A stretch of DNA of 64,000 bases. Origin: Auanema rhodensis (Eukaryota; Animalia; Nematoda). The notes under the pieces were generated by a model. That model did no database searches. It saw only the letters and a program-made list of their open reading frames with translations, and was not told the origin of the DNA. A program made the position numbers and the translations under genes. Location of the stretch: NCBI GenBank assembly GCA_964057225.1, contig OZ059900.1:19716001-19780000 (forward strand), read 5' to 3'. Below are positions 38,198 through 53,035 of the stretch, piece after piece; positions within the stretch are counted from its first letter, which is position 1, and each line of letters begins with the position of its first letter.

Positions 38198-41100
38198 ATA
38201 TTAGCCATAAGGGGCGTGCCCTCAGAATATGCTAATTTCCTTAATTTTCTAACCCCTGTTTTTTTGTCGTGAAAGTGGAATTAGACGTTGTAGGAACAAT
38301 TTTGAGCTAGGTTTCATTGACATTGCATGAGTTTGAACGCATGAAATCGTAAGTCAAAACCTTGTTTACAGCGAAATTTCCAAAAACTGGTTTTCCAGCA
38401 TAATAAAATATTTCTCATGGGAAATACTGTGTTTTTGTATTTTTATAGTGTTCAGCATGTAAAATGCTTCATTTTAGTATGTAACACGCTGAAATTCGTT
38501 GCATTTGACGACTCATATGAACAAAAATCGATTTAATCAATATTAGCCATAAGGGGCGTGCCCTCAGAATATGCTAATTTCCTTAATTTTCTAACCCCGG
38601 TTTTTTTGTCGTGAAAGTGGAATTAGACGTTGTAGGAACAATTTTGAGCTAGGTTTCATTGACATTGCATGAGTTTGAACACATGAAATCGTAAGTCAAA
38701 ACCTTGTTTACAGCGAAATTTCCAAAAACTGGTTTTCCAGCATAATAAAATATTTCTCATGGGAAATACTGTGTTTTTGTATTTTTCTAGTGTTCAGCAT
38801 GTAAAATGCTTCATTTTAGTATGTAACACGCTGAAATTCGTTGCATTTGACGACTCATATGAACAAAAATCGATTTAATCAATATTAGCCATAAGGGGCG
38901 TGCCCTCAGAATATGCTAATTTCCTTAATTTTCTAACCCCTGTTTTTTTGTCGTGAAAGTGGAACTAGACGTTGTACAAACAATTTTGAGCTAGGTTTCA
39001 TTGACATTGCATGAGTTTGAACACATGAAATCGTAAGTCAAAACCTTGTTTACAGCGAAATTTCCAAAAACTGGTTTTCCAGCATAATAAAATATTTCTC
39101 ATGAGAAATACTGTGTTTTTGTATTTTTCTAGTGTTCAGCATGTAAAATGCTTCATTTTAGTATGTAACACGCTGAAATTCGTTGCATTTGACGACTCAT
39201 ATGAACAAAAATCGATTTAATCAATATTAGCCATAAGGGGCGTGCCCTCAGAATATGCTAATTTCCTTAATTTTCTAACCCCTGTTTTTTTGTCGTGAAA
39301 GTGGAACTAGACGTTGTAGGAACAATTTTGAGCTAGGTTTCATTGACATTGCATGAGTTTGAACACATGAAATCGTAAGTCAAAACCTTGTTTACAGCGA
39401 AATTTCCAAAAACTGGTTTTCCAGCATAATAAAATATTTCTCATGGGAAATACTGTGTTTTTGTATTTTTCTAGTGTTCAGCATGTGAAATGCTTCATTT
39501 TAGTATGTAACACGCTGAAATTCGTTGCATTTGACGACTCATATGAACAAAAATCGATTTAATCAATATTAGCCATAAGGGGCGTGCCCTCAGAATATGC
39601 TAATTTCCTTAATTTTCTAACCCCGGTTTTTTTGTCGTGAAAGTGGATTTAGACGTTGTAGGAACAATTTTGAGCTAGGTTTCATTGACATTGCATGAGT
39701 TTGAACACATGAAATCGTAAGTCAAAACCTTGTTTACAGCGAAATTTCCAAAAACTGGTTTTCCAGCATAATAAAATATTTCTCATGGGAAATACTGTGT
39801 TTTTGTATTTTTCTAGTGTTCAGCATGTAAAATGCTTCATTTTAGTATGTAACACGCTGATATTCGTTGCATTTGACTACTCATATGAACAAAAATCGAT
39901 TTAATCAATATTAGCCATAAGGGGCGTGCCCTCAGAATATGCTAATTTCCTTAATTTTCTAACCCCTGTTTTTTTGTCGTGAAAGTGGAACTAGACGTTG
40001 TACAAACAATTTTGAGCTAGGTTTCATTGACATTGCATGAGTTTGAACACATGAAATCGTAAGTCAAAACCTTGTTTACAGCGAAATTTCCAAAAACTGG
40101 TTTTCCAGCATAATAAAATATTTCTCATGAGAAATACTGTGTTTTTGTATTTTTCTAGTGTTCAGCATGTAAAATGCTTCATTTTAGTATGTAACACGAT
40201 GAAATTCGTTGCATTTGACGACTCATATGAACAAAAATCGATTTAATCAATATTAGCCATAAGGGGCGTGCCCTCAGAATATGCTAATTTCATTAATTTT
40301 CTAACCCCGGTTTTTTTGTCGTGAAAGTGGATTTAGACGTTGTAGGAACAATTTTGAGCTAGGTTTCATTGACATTGCATGAGTTTGAACACATGAAATC
40401 GTAAGTCAAAACCTTGTTTACAGCGAAATTTCCAAAAACTGGTTTTCCAGCATAATAAAATATTTCTCATGGGAAATACTGTGTTTTTGTATTTTTCTAG
40501 TGTTCAGCATGTAAAATGCTTCATTTTAGTATGTAACACGCTGAAATTCGTTGCATTTGACTACTCATATGAACAAAAATCGATTTAATCAATATTAGCC
40601 ATAAGGGGCGTGCCCTCAGAATATGCTAATTTCCTTAATTTTCTAACCCCTGTTTTTTTGTCGTGAAAGTGGAACTAGACGTTGTACAAACAATTTTGAG
40701 CTAGGTTTCATTGACATTGCATGAGTTTGAACACATGAAATCGTAAGTCAAAACCTTGTTTACAGCGAAATTTCCAAAAACTGGTTTTCCAGCATAATAA
40801 AATATTTCTCATGAGAAATACTGTGTTTTTGTATTTTTCTAGTGTTCAGCATGTAAAATGCTTCATTTTAGTATGTAACACGATGAAATTCGTTGCATTT
40901 GACGACTCATATGAACAAAAATCGATTTAATCAATATTAGCCATAAGGGGCGTGCCCTCAGAATATGCTAATTTCATTAATTTTCTAACCCCTGTTTTTT
41001 TGTCGTGAAAGTGGAACTAGACGTTGTAGGAACAATTTTGAGCTAGGTTTCATTGACATTGCATGAGTTTGAACACATGAAATCGTAAGTCAAAACCTTG

Positions 41101-42088
41101 TTTACAGCGAAATTTCCAAAAACTGGTTTTCCAGCATAATAAAATATTTCTCATGGGAAATACTGTGTTTTTGTATTTTTCTAGTGTTCAGCATGTAAAA
41201 TGCTTCATTTTAGTATGTAACACGCTGAAATTCGTTGCATTTGACGACTCATATGAACAAAAATCGATTTAATCAATATTAGCCATAAGGGGCGTGCCCT
41301 CAGAATATGCTAATTTCCTTAATTTTCTAACCCCTGTTTTTTTGTCGTGAAAGTGGAACTAGACGTTGTACAAACAATTTTGAGCTAGGTTTCATTGACA
41401 TTGCATGAGTTTGAACACATGAAATCGTAAGTCAAAACCTTGTTTACAGCGAAATTTCCAAAAACTGGTTTTCCAGCATAATAAAATATTTCTCATGAGA
41501 AATACTGTGTTTTTGTATTTTTCTAGTGTTCAGCATGTAAAATGCTTCATTTTAGTATGTAACACGATGAAATTCGTTGCATTTGACGACTCATATGAAC
41601 AAAAATCGATTTAATCAATATTAGCCATAAGGGGCGTGCCCTCAGAATATGCTAATTTCATTAATTTTCTAACCCCTGTTTTTTTGTCGTGAAAGTGGAA
41701 CTAGACGTTGTAGGAACAATTTTGAGCTAGGTTTCATTGACATTGCATGAGTTTGAACACATGAAATCGTAAGTCAAAACCTTGTTTACAGCGAAATTTC
41801 CAAAAACTGGTTTTCCAGCATAATAAAATATTTCTCATGGGAAATACTGTGTTTTTGTATTTTTCTAGTGTTCAGCATGTAAAATGCTTCATTTTAGTAT
41901 GTAACACGCTGAAATTCGTTGCATTTGACGACTCATATGAACAAAAATCGATTTAATCAATATTAGCCATAAGGGGCGTGCCCTCAGAATATGCTAATTT
42001 CCTTAATTTTCTAACCCCTGTTTTTTTGTCGTGAAAGTGGAACTAGACGTTGTACAAACAATTTTGAGCTAGGTTTCATTGACATTGC

Positions 42089-44824
42089 ATGAGTTTGAAC
42101 ACATGAAATCGTAAGTCAAAACCTTGTTTACAGCGAAATTTCCAAAAACTGGTTTTCCAGCATAATAAAATATTTCTCATGAGAAATACTGTGTTTTTGT
42201 ATTTTTCTAGTGTTCAGCATGTAAAATGCTTCATTTTAGTATGTAACACGCTGAAATTCGTTGCATTTGACGACTCATATGAACAAAAATCGATTTAATC
42301 AATATTAGCCATAAGGGGCGTGCCCTCAGAATATGCTAATTTCCTTAATTTTCTAACCCCTGTTTTTTTTGTCGTGAAAGTGGAACTAGACGTTGTAGGA
42401 ACAATTTTGAGCTAGGTTTCATTGACATTGCATGAGTTTGAACACATGAAATCGTAAGTCAAAACCTTGTTTACAGCGAAATTTCCAAAAACTGGTTTTC
42501 CAGCATAATAAAATATTTCTCATGGGAAATACTGTGTTTTTGTATTTTTCTAGTGTTCAGCATGTAAAATGGTTCATTTTAGTATGTAACACGCTGAAAT
42601 TCGTTGCATTTGACGACTCATATGAACAAAAATCGATTTAATCAATATTAGCCATAAGGGGCGTGCCCTCAGAATATGCTAATTTCCTTAATTTTCTAAC
42701 CCCGGTTTTTTTGTCGTGAAAGTGGAATTAGACGTTGTAGGAACAATTTTGAGCTAGGTTTCATTGACATTGCATGAGTTTGAACACATGAAATCGTAAG
42801 TCAAAACCTTGTTTACAGCGAAATTTCCAAAAACTGGTTTTCCAGCATAATAAAATATTTCTCATGGGAAATACTGTGTTTTTGTATTTTTCTAGTGTTC
42901 AGCATGTAAAATGCTTCATATTAGTATGTAACACGCTGAAATTCGTTGCATTTGACGACTCATATGAACAAAAATCGATTTAATCAATATTAGCCATAAG
43001 GGGCGTGCCCTCAGAATATGCTAATTTCCTTAATTTTCTAACCCCTGTTTTTTTGTCGTGAAAGTGGAACTAGACGTTGTACAAACAATTTTGAGCTAGG
43101 TTTCATTGACATTGCATGAGTTTGAACACATGAAATCGTAAGTCAAAACCTTGTTTACAGCGAAATTTCCAAAAACTGGTTTTCCAGCATAATAAAATAT
43201 TTCTCATGAGAAATACTGTGTTTTTGTATTTTTCTAGTGTTCAGCATGTAAAATGCTTCATTTTAGTATGTAACACGCTGAAATTCGTTGCATTTGACGA
43301 CTCATATGAACAAAAATCGATTTAATCAATATTAGCCATAAGGGGCGTGCCCTCAGAATATGCTAATTTCCTTAATTTTCTAACCCCTGTTTTTTTGTCG
43401 TGAAAGTGGAACTAGACGTTGTACAAACAATTTTGAGCTAGGTTTCATTGACATTGCATGAGTTTGAACACATGAAATCGTAAGTCAAAACCTTGTTTAC
43501 AGCGAAATTTCCAAAAACTGGTTTTCCAGCATAATAAAATATTTCTCATGAGAAATACTGTGTTTTTGTATTTTTCTAGTGTTCAGCATGTAAAATGCTT
43601 CATTTTAGTATGTAACACGCTGAAATTCGTTGCATTTGACGACTCATATGAACAAAAATCGATTTAATCAATATTAGCCATAAGGGGCGTGCCCTCAGAA
43701 TATGCTAATTTCCTTAATTTTCTAACCCCTGTTTTTTTTGTCGTGAAAGTGGAACTAGACGTTGTAGGAACAATTTTGAGCTAGGTTTCATTGACATTGC
43801 ATGAGTTTGAACACATGAAATCGTAAGTCAAAACCTTGTTTACAGCGAAATTTCCAAAAACTGGTTTTCCAGCATAATAAAATATTTCTCATGGGAAATA
43901 CTGTGTTTTTGTATTTTTCTAGTGTTCAGCATGTAAAATGGTTCATTTTAGTATGTAACACGCTGAAATTCGTTGCATTTGACGACTCATATGAACAAAA
44001 ATCGATTTAATCAATATTAGCCATAAGGGGCGTGCCCTCAGAATATGCTAATTTCCTTAATTTTCTAACCCCGGTTTTTTTGTCGTGAAAGTGGAATTAG
44101 ACGTTGTAGGAACAATTTTGAGCTAGGTTTCATTGACATTGCATGAGTTTGAACACATGAAATCGTAAGTCAAAACCTTGTTTACAGCGAAATTTCCAAA
44201 AACTGGTTTTCCAGCATAATAAAATATTTCTCATGGGAAATACTGTGTTTTTGTATTTTTCTAGTGTTCAGCATGTAAAATGCTTCATATTAGTATGTAA
44301 CACGCTGAAATTCGTTGCATTTGACGACTCATATGAACAAAAATCGATTTAATCAATATTAGCCATAAGGGGCGTGCCCTCAGAATATGCTAATTTCCTT
44401 AATTTTCTAACCCCTGTTTTTTTGTCGTGAAAGTGGAACTAGACGTTGTACAAACAATTTTGAGCTAGGTTTCATTGACATTGCATGAGTTTGAACACAT
44501 GAAATCGTAAGTCAAAACCTTGTTTACAGCGAAATTTCCAAAAACTGGTTTTCCAGCATAATAAAATATTTCTCATGAGAAATACTGTGTTTTTGTATTT
44601 TTCTAGTGTTCAGCATGTAAAATGCTTCATTTTAGTATGTAACACGCTGAAATTCGTTGCATTTGACGACTCATATGAACAAAAATCGATTTAATCAATA
44701 TTAGCCATAAGGGGCGTGCCCTCAGAATATGCTAATTTCCTTAATTTTCTAACCCCTGTTTTTTTGTCGTGAAAGTGGAACTAGACGTTGTACAAACAAT
44801 TTTGAGCTAGGTTTCATTGACATT
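42089..44824 (+). repeat. 4-monomer tandem duplication (1369 bp)
   Basis: AATGGTTCAT at ~42571 and ~43940; TTCATATTAG at ~42919 and ~44288. Limits are approximate. Confidence 0.78.
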
Positions 44825-45166
44825 GCATGAGTTTGAACACATGAAATCGTAAGTCAAAACCTTGTTTACAGCGAAATTTCCAAAAACTGGTTTTCCAGCA
44901 TAATAAAATATTTCTCATGAGAAATACTGTGTTTTTGTATTTTTCTAGTGTTCAGCATGTAAAATGCTTCATTTTAGTATGTAACACGATGAAATTCGTT
45001 GCATTTGACGACTCATATGAACAAAAATCGATTTAATCAATATTAGCCATAAGGGGCGTGCCCTCAGAATATGCTAATTTCATTAATTTTCTAACCCCGG
45101 TTTTTTTGTCGTGAAAGTGGATTTAGACGTTGTAGGAACAATTTTGAGCTAGGTTTCATTGACATT

Positions 45167-48100
45167 GCATGAGTTTGAACACATGAAATCGTAAGTCAAA
45201 ACCTTGTTTACAGCGAAATTTCCAAAAACTGGTTTTCCAGCATAATAAAATATTTCTCATGGGAAATACTGTGTTTTTGTATTTTTCTAGTGTTCAGCAT
45301 GTAAAATGCTTCATTTTAGTATGTAACACGCTGAAATTCGTTGCATTTGACGACTCATATGAACAAAAATCGATTTAATCAATATTAGCCATAAGGGGCG
45401 TGCCCTCAGAATATGCTAATTTCCTTAATTTTCTAACCCCTGTTTTTTTGTCGTGAAAGTGGAACTAGACGTTGTACAAACAATTTTGAGCTAGGTTTCA
45501 TTGACATTGCATGAGTTTGAACACATGAAATCGTAAGTCAAAACCTTGTTTACAGCGAAATTTCCAAAAACTGGTTTTCCAGCATAATAAAATATTTCTC
45601 ATGAGAAATACTGTGTTTTTGTATTTTTCTAGTGTTCAGCATGTAAAATGCTTCATTTTAGTATGTAACACGCTGAAATTCGTTGCATTTGACGACTCAT
45701 ATGAACAAAAATCGATTTAATCAATATTAGCCATAAGGGGCGTGCCCTCAGAATATGCTAATTTCCTTAATTTTCTAACCCCTGTTTTTTTTGTCGTGAA
45801 AGTGGAACTAGACGTTGTAGGAACAATTTTGAGCTAGGTTTCATTGACATTGCATGAGTTTGAACACATGAAATCGTAAGTCAAAACCTTGTTTACAGCG
45901 AAATTTCCAAAAACTGGTTTTCCAGCATAATAAAATATTTCTCATGGGAAATACTGTGTTTTTGTATTTTTCTAGTGTTCAGCATGTAAAATGCTTCATT
46001 TTAGTATGTAACACGCTGAAATTCGTTGCATTTGACGACTCATATGAACAAAAATCGATTTAATCAATATTAGCCATAAGGGGCGTGCCCTCAGAATATG
46101 CTAATTTCCTTAATTTTCTAACCCCTGTTTTTTTGTCGTGAAAGTGGAACTAGACGTTGTACAAACAATTTTGAGCTAGGTTTCATTGACATTGCATGAG
46201 TTTGAACACATGAAATCGTAAGTCAAAACCTTGTTTACAGCGAAATTTCCAAAAACTGGTTTTCCAGCATAATAAAATATTTCTCATGAGAAATACTGTG
46301 TTTTTGTATTTTTCTAGTGTTCAGCATGTAAAATGCTTCATTTTAGTATGTAACACGCTGAAATTCGTTGCATTTGACGACTCATATGAACAAAAATCGA
46401 TTTAATCAATATTAGCCATAAGGGGCGTGCCCTCAGAATATGCTAATTTCCTTAATTTTCTAACCCCTGTTTTTTTTGTCGTGAAAGTGGAACTAGACGT
46501 TGTAGGAACAATTTTGAGCTAGGTTTCATTGACATTGCATGAGTTTGAACACATGAAATCGTAAGTCAAAACCTTGTTTACAGCGAAATTTCCAAAAACT
46601 GGTTTTCCAGCATAATAAAATATTTCTCATGGGAAATACTGTGTTTTTGTATTTTTATAGTGTTCAGCATGTAAAATGCTTCATTTTAGTATGTAACACG
46701 CTGAAATTCGTTGCATTTGACGACTCATATGAACAAAAATCGATTTAATCAATATTAGCCATAAGAGGCGTGCCCTCAGAATATGCTAATTTCCTTAATT
46801 TTCTAACCCCTGTTTTTTGTCGTGAAAGTGGAACTAGACGTTGTAGGAACAATTTTGAGCTAGGTTTCATTGACATTGCATGAGTTTGAACACATGAAAT
46901 CGTAAGTCAAAACCTTGTTTACAGCGAAATTTCCAAAAACTGGTTTTCCAGCATAATAAAATATTTCTCATGGGAAATACTGTGTTTTTGTATTTTTATA
47001 GTGTTCAGCATGTAAAATGCTTCATTTTAGTATGTAACACGCTGAAATTCGTTGCATTTGACGACTCATATGAACAAAAATCGATTTAATCAATATTAGC
47101 CATAAGAGGCGTGCCCTCAGAATATGCTAATTTCCTTAATTTTCTAACCCCTGTTTTTTTGTCGTGAAAGTGGAACTAGACGTTGTAGGAACAATTTTGA
47201 GCTAGGTTTCATTGACATTGCATGAGTTTGAACACATGAAATCGTAAGTCAAAAACTTGTTTACAGCGAAATTTCCAAAAACTGGTTTTCCAGCATAATA
47301 AAATATTTCTCATGGGAAATACTGTGTTTTTGTATTTTTCTAGTGTTCAGCATGTGAAATGCTTCATTTTAGTATGTAACACGCTGAAATTCGTTGCATT
47401 TGACGACTCATATGAACAAAAATCGATTTAATCAATATTAGCCATAAGGGGCGTGCCCTCAGAATATGCTAATTTCCTAAATTTTCTAACCCCTGTTTTT
47501 TTGTCGTGAAAGTGGAACTAGACGTTGTACGAACAATTTTGAGCTAGGTTTCATTGACATTGCATGAGTTTGAACACATGAAATCGTAAGTCAAAACCTT
47601 GTTTACAGCGAAATTTCCAAAACCTGGTTTTCCAGCATAATAAAATATTTCTCATGGGAAATACTGTGTTTTTGTATTTTTCTAGTGTTCAGCATGTAAA
47701 ATGCTTCATTTTAGTATGTAACACGCTGAAATTCGTTGCATTTGACGACTCATATGAACAAAAATCGATTTAATCAATATTAGCCATAAGGGGCGTGCCC
47801 TCAGAATATGCTAATTTCCTTAATTTTCTAACCCCTGTTTTTTTGTCGTGAAAGTGGAACTAGACGTTGTACGAACAATTTTGAGCTAGGTTTCATTGAC
47901 ATTGCATGAGTTTGAACACATGAAATCGTAAGTCAAAACCTTGTTTACAGCGAAAATTCCAAAAACTGGTTTTCCAGCATAATAAAATATTTCTCATGGG
48001 AAATACTGTGTTTTTGTATTTTTCTAGTGTTCAGCATGTAAAATGCTTCATTTTAGTATGTAACACGCTGAAATTCGTTGCATTTGACGACTCATATGAA

Positions 48101-51100
48101 CAAAAATCGATTTAATCAATATTAGCCATAAGGGGCGTGCCCTCAGAATATGCTAATTTCCTTAATTTTCTAACCCCTGTTTTTTTGTCGTGAAAGTGGA
48201 ACTAGACGTTGTACGAACAATTTTGAGCTAGGTTTCATTGACATTGCATGAGTTTGAACACATGAAATCGTAAGTCAAAACCTTGTTTACAGCGAAAATT
48301 CCAAAAACTGGTTTTCCAGCATAATAAAATATTTCTCATGGGAAATACTGTGTTTTTGTATTTTTCTAGTATTCAGCATGTAAAATACTTCATTTTAGTA
48401 TGTAACACGCTGAAATTCGTTGCATTTGACGACTCATATGAACAAAAATCGATTTAATCAATATTAGCCATAAGGGGCGTGCCCTCAGAATATGCTAATT
48501 TCCTAAATTTTCTAACCCCTGTTTTTTTGTCGTGAAAGTGGAACCAGACGTTGTACGAACAATTTTGAGCTAGGTTTCATTGACATTGCATGAGTTTGAA
48601 CACATGAAATCGTATGTCAAAACCTTGTTTACAGCGAAATTTCCAAAAACTGGTTTTCCAGCATAATAAAATATTTCTCATGGGAAATACTGTGTTTTTG
48701 TATTTTTCTAGTGTTCAGCATGTAAAATGCTTCATTTTAGTATGTAACACGCTGAAATTCGTTGCATTTGACTACTCATATGAACAAAAATCGATTTAAT
48801 CAATATTAGCCATAAGGGGCGTGCCCTCAGAATATGCTAATTTCCTTAATTTTCTAACCCCTGTTTTTTTGTCGTGAAAGTGGAACTAGACGTTGTACAA
48901 ACAATTTTGAGCTAGGTTTTTATTGACATTGCATGAGTTTGAACACATGAAATCGTAAGTCAAAACCTTGTTTACAGCGAAATTTCCAAAAACTGGTTTT
49001 CCAGCATAATAAAATATTTCTCATGGGAAATACTGTGTTTTTGTATTTTTCTACTGTTCAGCATGTAAAATGTTTCATTTTAGTATTTAACACGCTGAAA
49101 TTCGTTGCATTTGACGACTCATATGAACAAAAATCGATTTAATCAATATTAGCCATAAGGGGCGTGCCCTCAGAATATGCTAATTTCATTAATTTTCTAA
49201 CCCCTGTTTTTTTGTCGTGAAAGTGGAACTAGACGTTGTAGGAACAATTTTGAGCTAGGTTTCATTGACATTGCATGAGTTTGAACACATGAAATCGTAA
49301 GTCAAAACCTTGTTTACAGCGAAATTTCCAAAAACTGGTTTTCCAGCATAATAAAATATTTCTCATGGGAAATACTGTGTTTTTGTATTTTTCTAGTGTT
49401 CAGCATGTAAAATGCTTCATTTTAGTATGTAACACGCTGAAATTCGTTGCATTTGACGACTCATATGAACAAAAATCGATTTAATCAATATTAGCCATAA
49501 GGGGCGTGCCCTCAGAATATGCTAATTTCCTTAATTTTCTAACCCCTGTTTTTTTGTCGTGAAAGTGGAACTAGACGTTGTACAAACAATTTTGAGCTAG
49601 GTTTCATTGACATTGCATGAGTTTGAACACATGAAATCGTAAGTCAAAACCTTGTTTACAGCGAAATTTCCAAAAACTGGTTTTCCAGCATAATAAAATA
49701 TTTCTCATGAGAAATACTGTGTTTTTGTATTTTTCTAGTGTTCAGCATGTAAAATGCTTCATTTTAGTATGTAACACGCTGAAATTCGTTGCATTTGACG
49801 ACTCATATGAACAAAAATCGATTTAATCAATATTAGCCATAAGGGGCGTGCCCTCAGAATATGCTAATTTCCTTAATTTTCTAACCCCTGTTTTTTTTGT
49901 CGTGAAAGTGGAACTAGACGTTGTAGGAACAATTTTGAGCTAGGTTTCATTGACATTGCATGAGTTTGAACACATGAAATCGTAAGTCAAAACCTTGTTT
50001 ACAGCGAAATTTCCAAAAACTGGTTTTCCAGCATAATAAAATATTTCTCATGGGAAATACTGTGTTTTTGTATTTTTCTAGTGTTCAGCATGTAAAATGC
50101 TTCATTTTAGTATGTAACACGCTGAAATTCGTTGCATTTGACGACTCATATGAACAAAAATCGATTTAATCAATATTAGCCATAAGGGGCGTGCCCTCAG
50201 AATATGCTAATTTCCTTAATTTTCTAACCCCTGTTTTTTTGTCGTGAAAGTGGAACTAGACGTTGTACAAAAAATTTTGAGCTAGGTTTCATTGACATTG
50301 CATGAGTTTGAACACATGAAATCGTAAGTCAAAACCTTGTTTACAGCGAAATTTCCAAAAACTGGTTTTCCAGCATAATAAAATATTTCTCATGAGAAAT
50401 ACTGTGTTTTTGTATTTTTCTAGTGTTCAGCATGTAAAATGCTTCATTTTAGTATGTAACACGCTGAAATTCGTTGCATTTGACGACTCATATGAACAAA
50501 AATCGATTTAATCAATATTAGCCATAAGGGGCGTGCCCTCAGAATATGCTAATTTCCTTAATTTTCTAACCCCTGTTTTTTTTGTCGTGAAAGTGGAACT
50601 AGACGTTGTAGGAACAATTTTGAGCTAGGTTTCATTGACATTGCATGAGTTTGAACACATGAAATCGTAAGTCAAAACCTTGTTTACAGCGAAATTTCCA
50701 AAAACTGGTTTTCCAGCATAATAAAATATTTCTCATGGGAAATACTGTGTTTTTGTATTTTTATAGTGTTCAGCATGTAAAATGCTTCATTTTAGTATGT
50801 AACACGCTGAAATTCGTTGCATTTGACGACTCATATGAACAAAAATCGATTTAATCAATATTAGCCATAAGAGGCGTGCCCTCAGAATATGCTAATTTCC
50901 TTAATTTTCTAACCCCTGTTTTTTGTCGTGAAAGTGGAACTAGACGTTGTAGGAACAATTTTGAGCTAGGTTTCATTGACATTGCATGAGTTTGAACACA
51001 TGAAATCGTAAGTCAAAACCTTGTTTACAGCGAAATTTCCAAAAACTGGTTTTCCAGCATAATAAAATATTTCTCATGGGAAATACTGTGTTTTTGTATT

Positions 51101-53035
51101 TTTATAGTGTTCAGCATGTAAAATGCTTCATTTTAGTATGTAACACGCTGAAATTCGTTGCATTTGACGACTCATATGAACAAAAATCGATTTAATCAAT
51201 ATTAGCCATAAGAGGCGTGCCCTCAGAATATGCTAATTTCCTTAATTTTCTAACCCCTGTTTTTTTGTCGTGAAAGTGGAACTAGACGTTGTAGGAACAA
51301 TTTTGAGCTAGGTTTCATTGACATTGCATGAGTTTGAACACATGAAATCGTAAGTCAAAAACTTGTTTACAGCGAAATTTCCAAAAACTGGTTTTCCAGC
51401 ATAATAAAATATTTCTCATGGGAAATACTGTGTTTTTGTATTTTTCTAGTGTTCAGCATGTGAAATGCTTCATTTTAGTATGTAACACGCTGAAATTCGT
51501 TGCATTTGACGACTCATATGAACAAAAATCGATTTAATCAATATTAGCCATAAGGGGCGTGCCCTCAGAATATGCTAATTTCCTAAATTTTCTAACCCCT
51601 GTTTTTTTGTCGTGAAAGTGGAACTAGACGTTGTACGAACAATTTTGAGCTAGGTTTCATTGACATTGCATGAGTTTGAACACATGAAATCGTAAGTCAA
51701 AACCTTGTTTACAGCGAAATTTCCAAAACCTGGTTTTCCAGCATAATAAAATATTTCTCATGGGAAATACTGTGTTTTTGTATTTTTCTAGTGTTCAGCA
51801 TGTAAAATGCTTCATTTTAGTATGTAACACGCTGAAATTCGTTGCATTTGACGACTCATATGAACAAAAATCGATTTAATCAATATTAGCCATAAGGGGC
51901 GTGCCCTCAGAATATGCTAATTTCCTTAATTTTCTAACCCCTGTTTTTTTGTCGTGAAAGTGGAACTAGACGTTGTACGAACAATTTTGAGCTAGGTTTC
52001 ATTGACATTGCATGAGTTTGAACACATGAAATCGTAAGTCAAAACCTTGTTTACAGCGAAAATTCCAAAAACTGGTTTTCCAGCATAATAAAATATTTCT
52101 CATGGGAAATACTGTGTTTTTGTATTTTTCTAGTGTTCAGCATGTAAAATGCTTCATTTTAGTATGTAACACGCTGAAATTCGTTGCATTTGACGACTCA
52201 TATGAACAAAAATCGATTTAATCAATATTAGCCATAAGGGGCGTGCCCTCAGAATATGCTAATTTCCTTAATTTTCTAACCCCTGTTTTTTTGTCGTGAA
52301 AGTGGAACTAGACGTTGTACGAACAATTTTGAGCTAGGTTTCATTGACATTGCATGAGTTTGAACACATGAAATCGTAAGTCAAAACCTTGTTTACAGCG
52401 AAAATTCCAAAAACTGGTTTTCCAGCATAATAAAATATTTCTCATGGGAAATACTGTGTTTTTGTATTTTTCTAGTGTTCAGCATGTAAAATACTTCATT
52501 TTAGTATGTAACACGCTGAAATTCGTTGCATTTGACGACTCATATGAACAAAAATCGATTTAATCAATATTAGCCATAAGGGGCGTGCCCTCAGAATATG
52601 CTAATTTCCTAAATTTTCTAACCCCTGTTTTTTTGTCGTGAAAGTGGAACCAGACGTTGTACGAACAATTTTGAGCTAGGTTTCATTGACATTGCATGAG
52701 TTTGAACACATGAAATCGTATGTCAAAACCTTGTTTACAGCGAAATTTCCAAAAACTGGTTTTCCAGCATAATAAAATATTTCTCATGGGAAATACTGTG
52801 TTTTTGTATTTTTCTAGTGTTCAGCATGTAAAATGCTTCATTTTAGTATGTAACACGCTGAAATTCGTTGCATTTGACGACTCATATGAACAAAAATCGA
52901 TTTAATCAATATTAGCCATAAGGGGCGTGCCCTCAGAATATGCTAATTTCCTTAATTTTCTAACCCCTGTTTTTTTGTCGTGAAAGTGGAACTAGACGTT
53001 GTACGAACAATTTTGAGCTAGGTTTCATTGACATT
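45167..53035 (+). repeat. 12-monomer tandem duplication (4106 bp)
   Basis: AAGAGGCG (46766/50872), AAAAACTTG (~47254/~51360), AAACCTGG (~47623/~51729), GGAACCAG (~48545/~52651) and CGTATGTC (48614/52720) are all offset by 4106. Confidence 0.88.

Noticed and set aside
48614-48799. 61-aa ORF MSKPCLQRNF...
   Set aside because: Created by a single AAG>ATG substitution in one satellite monomer. It has no recognisable domain, and the same stop-free frame exists by chance in the other monomers.
52720-52905. Second copy of the 61-aa ORF
   Set aside because: It lies 4106 bp from the first because of the 12-monomer duplication, so it is not independent evidence of coding function.
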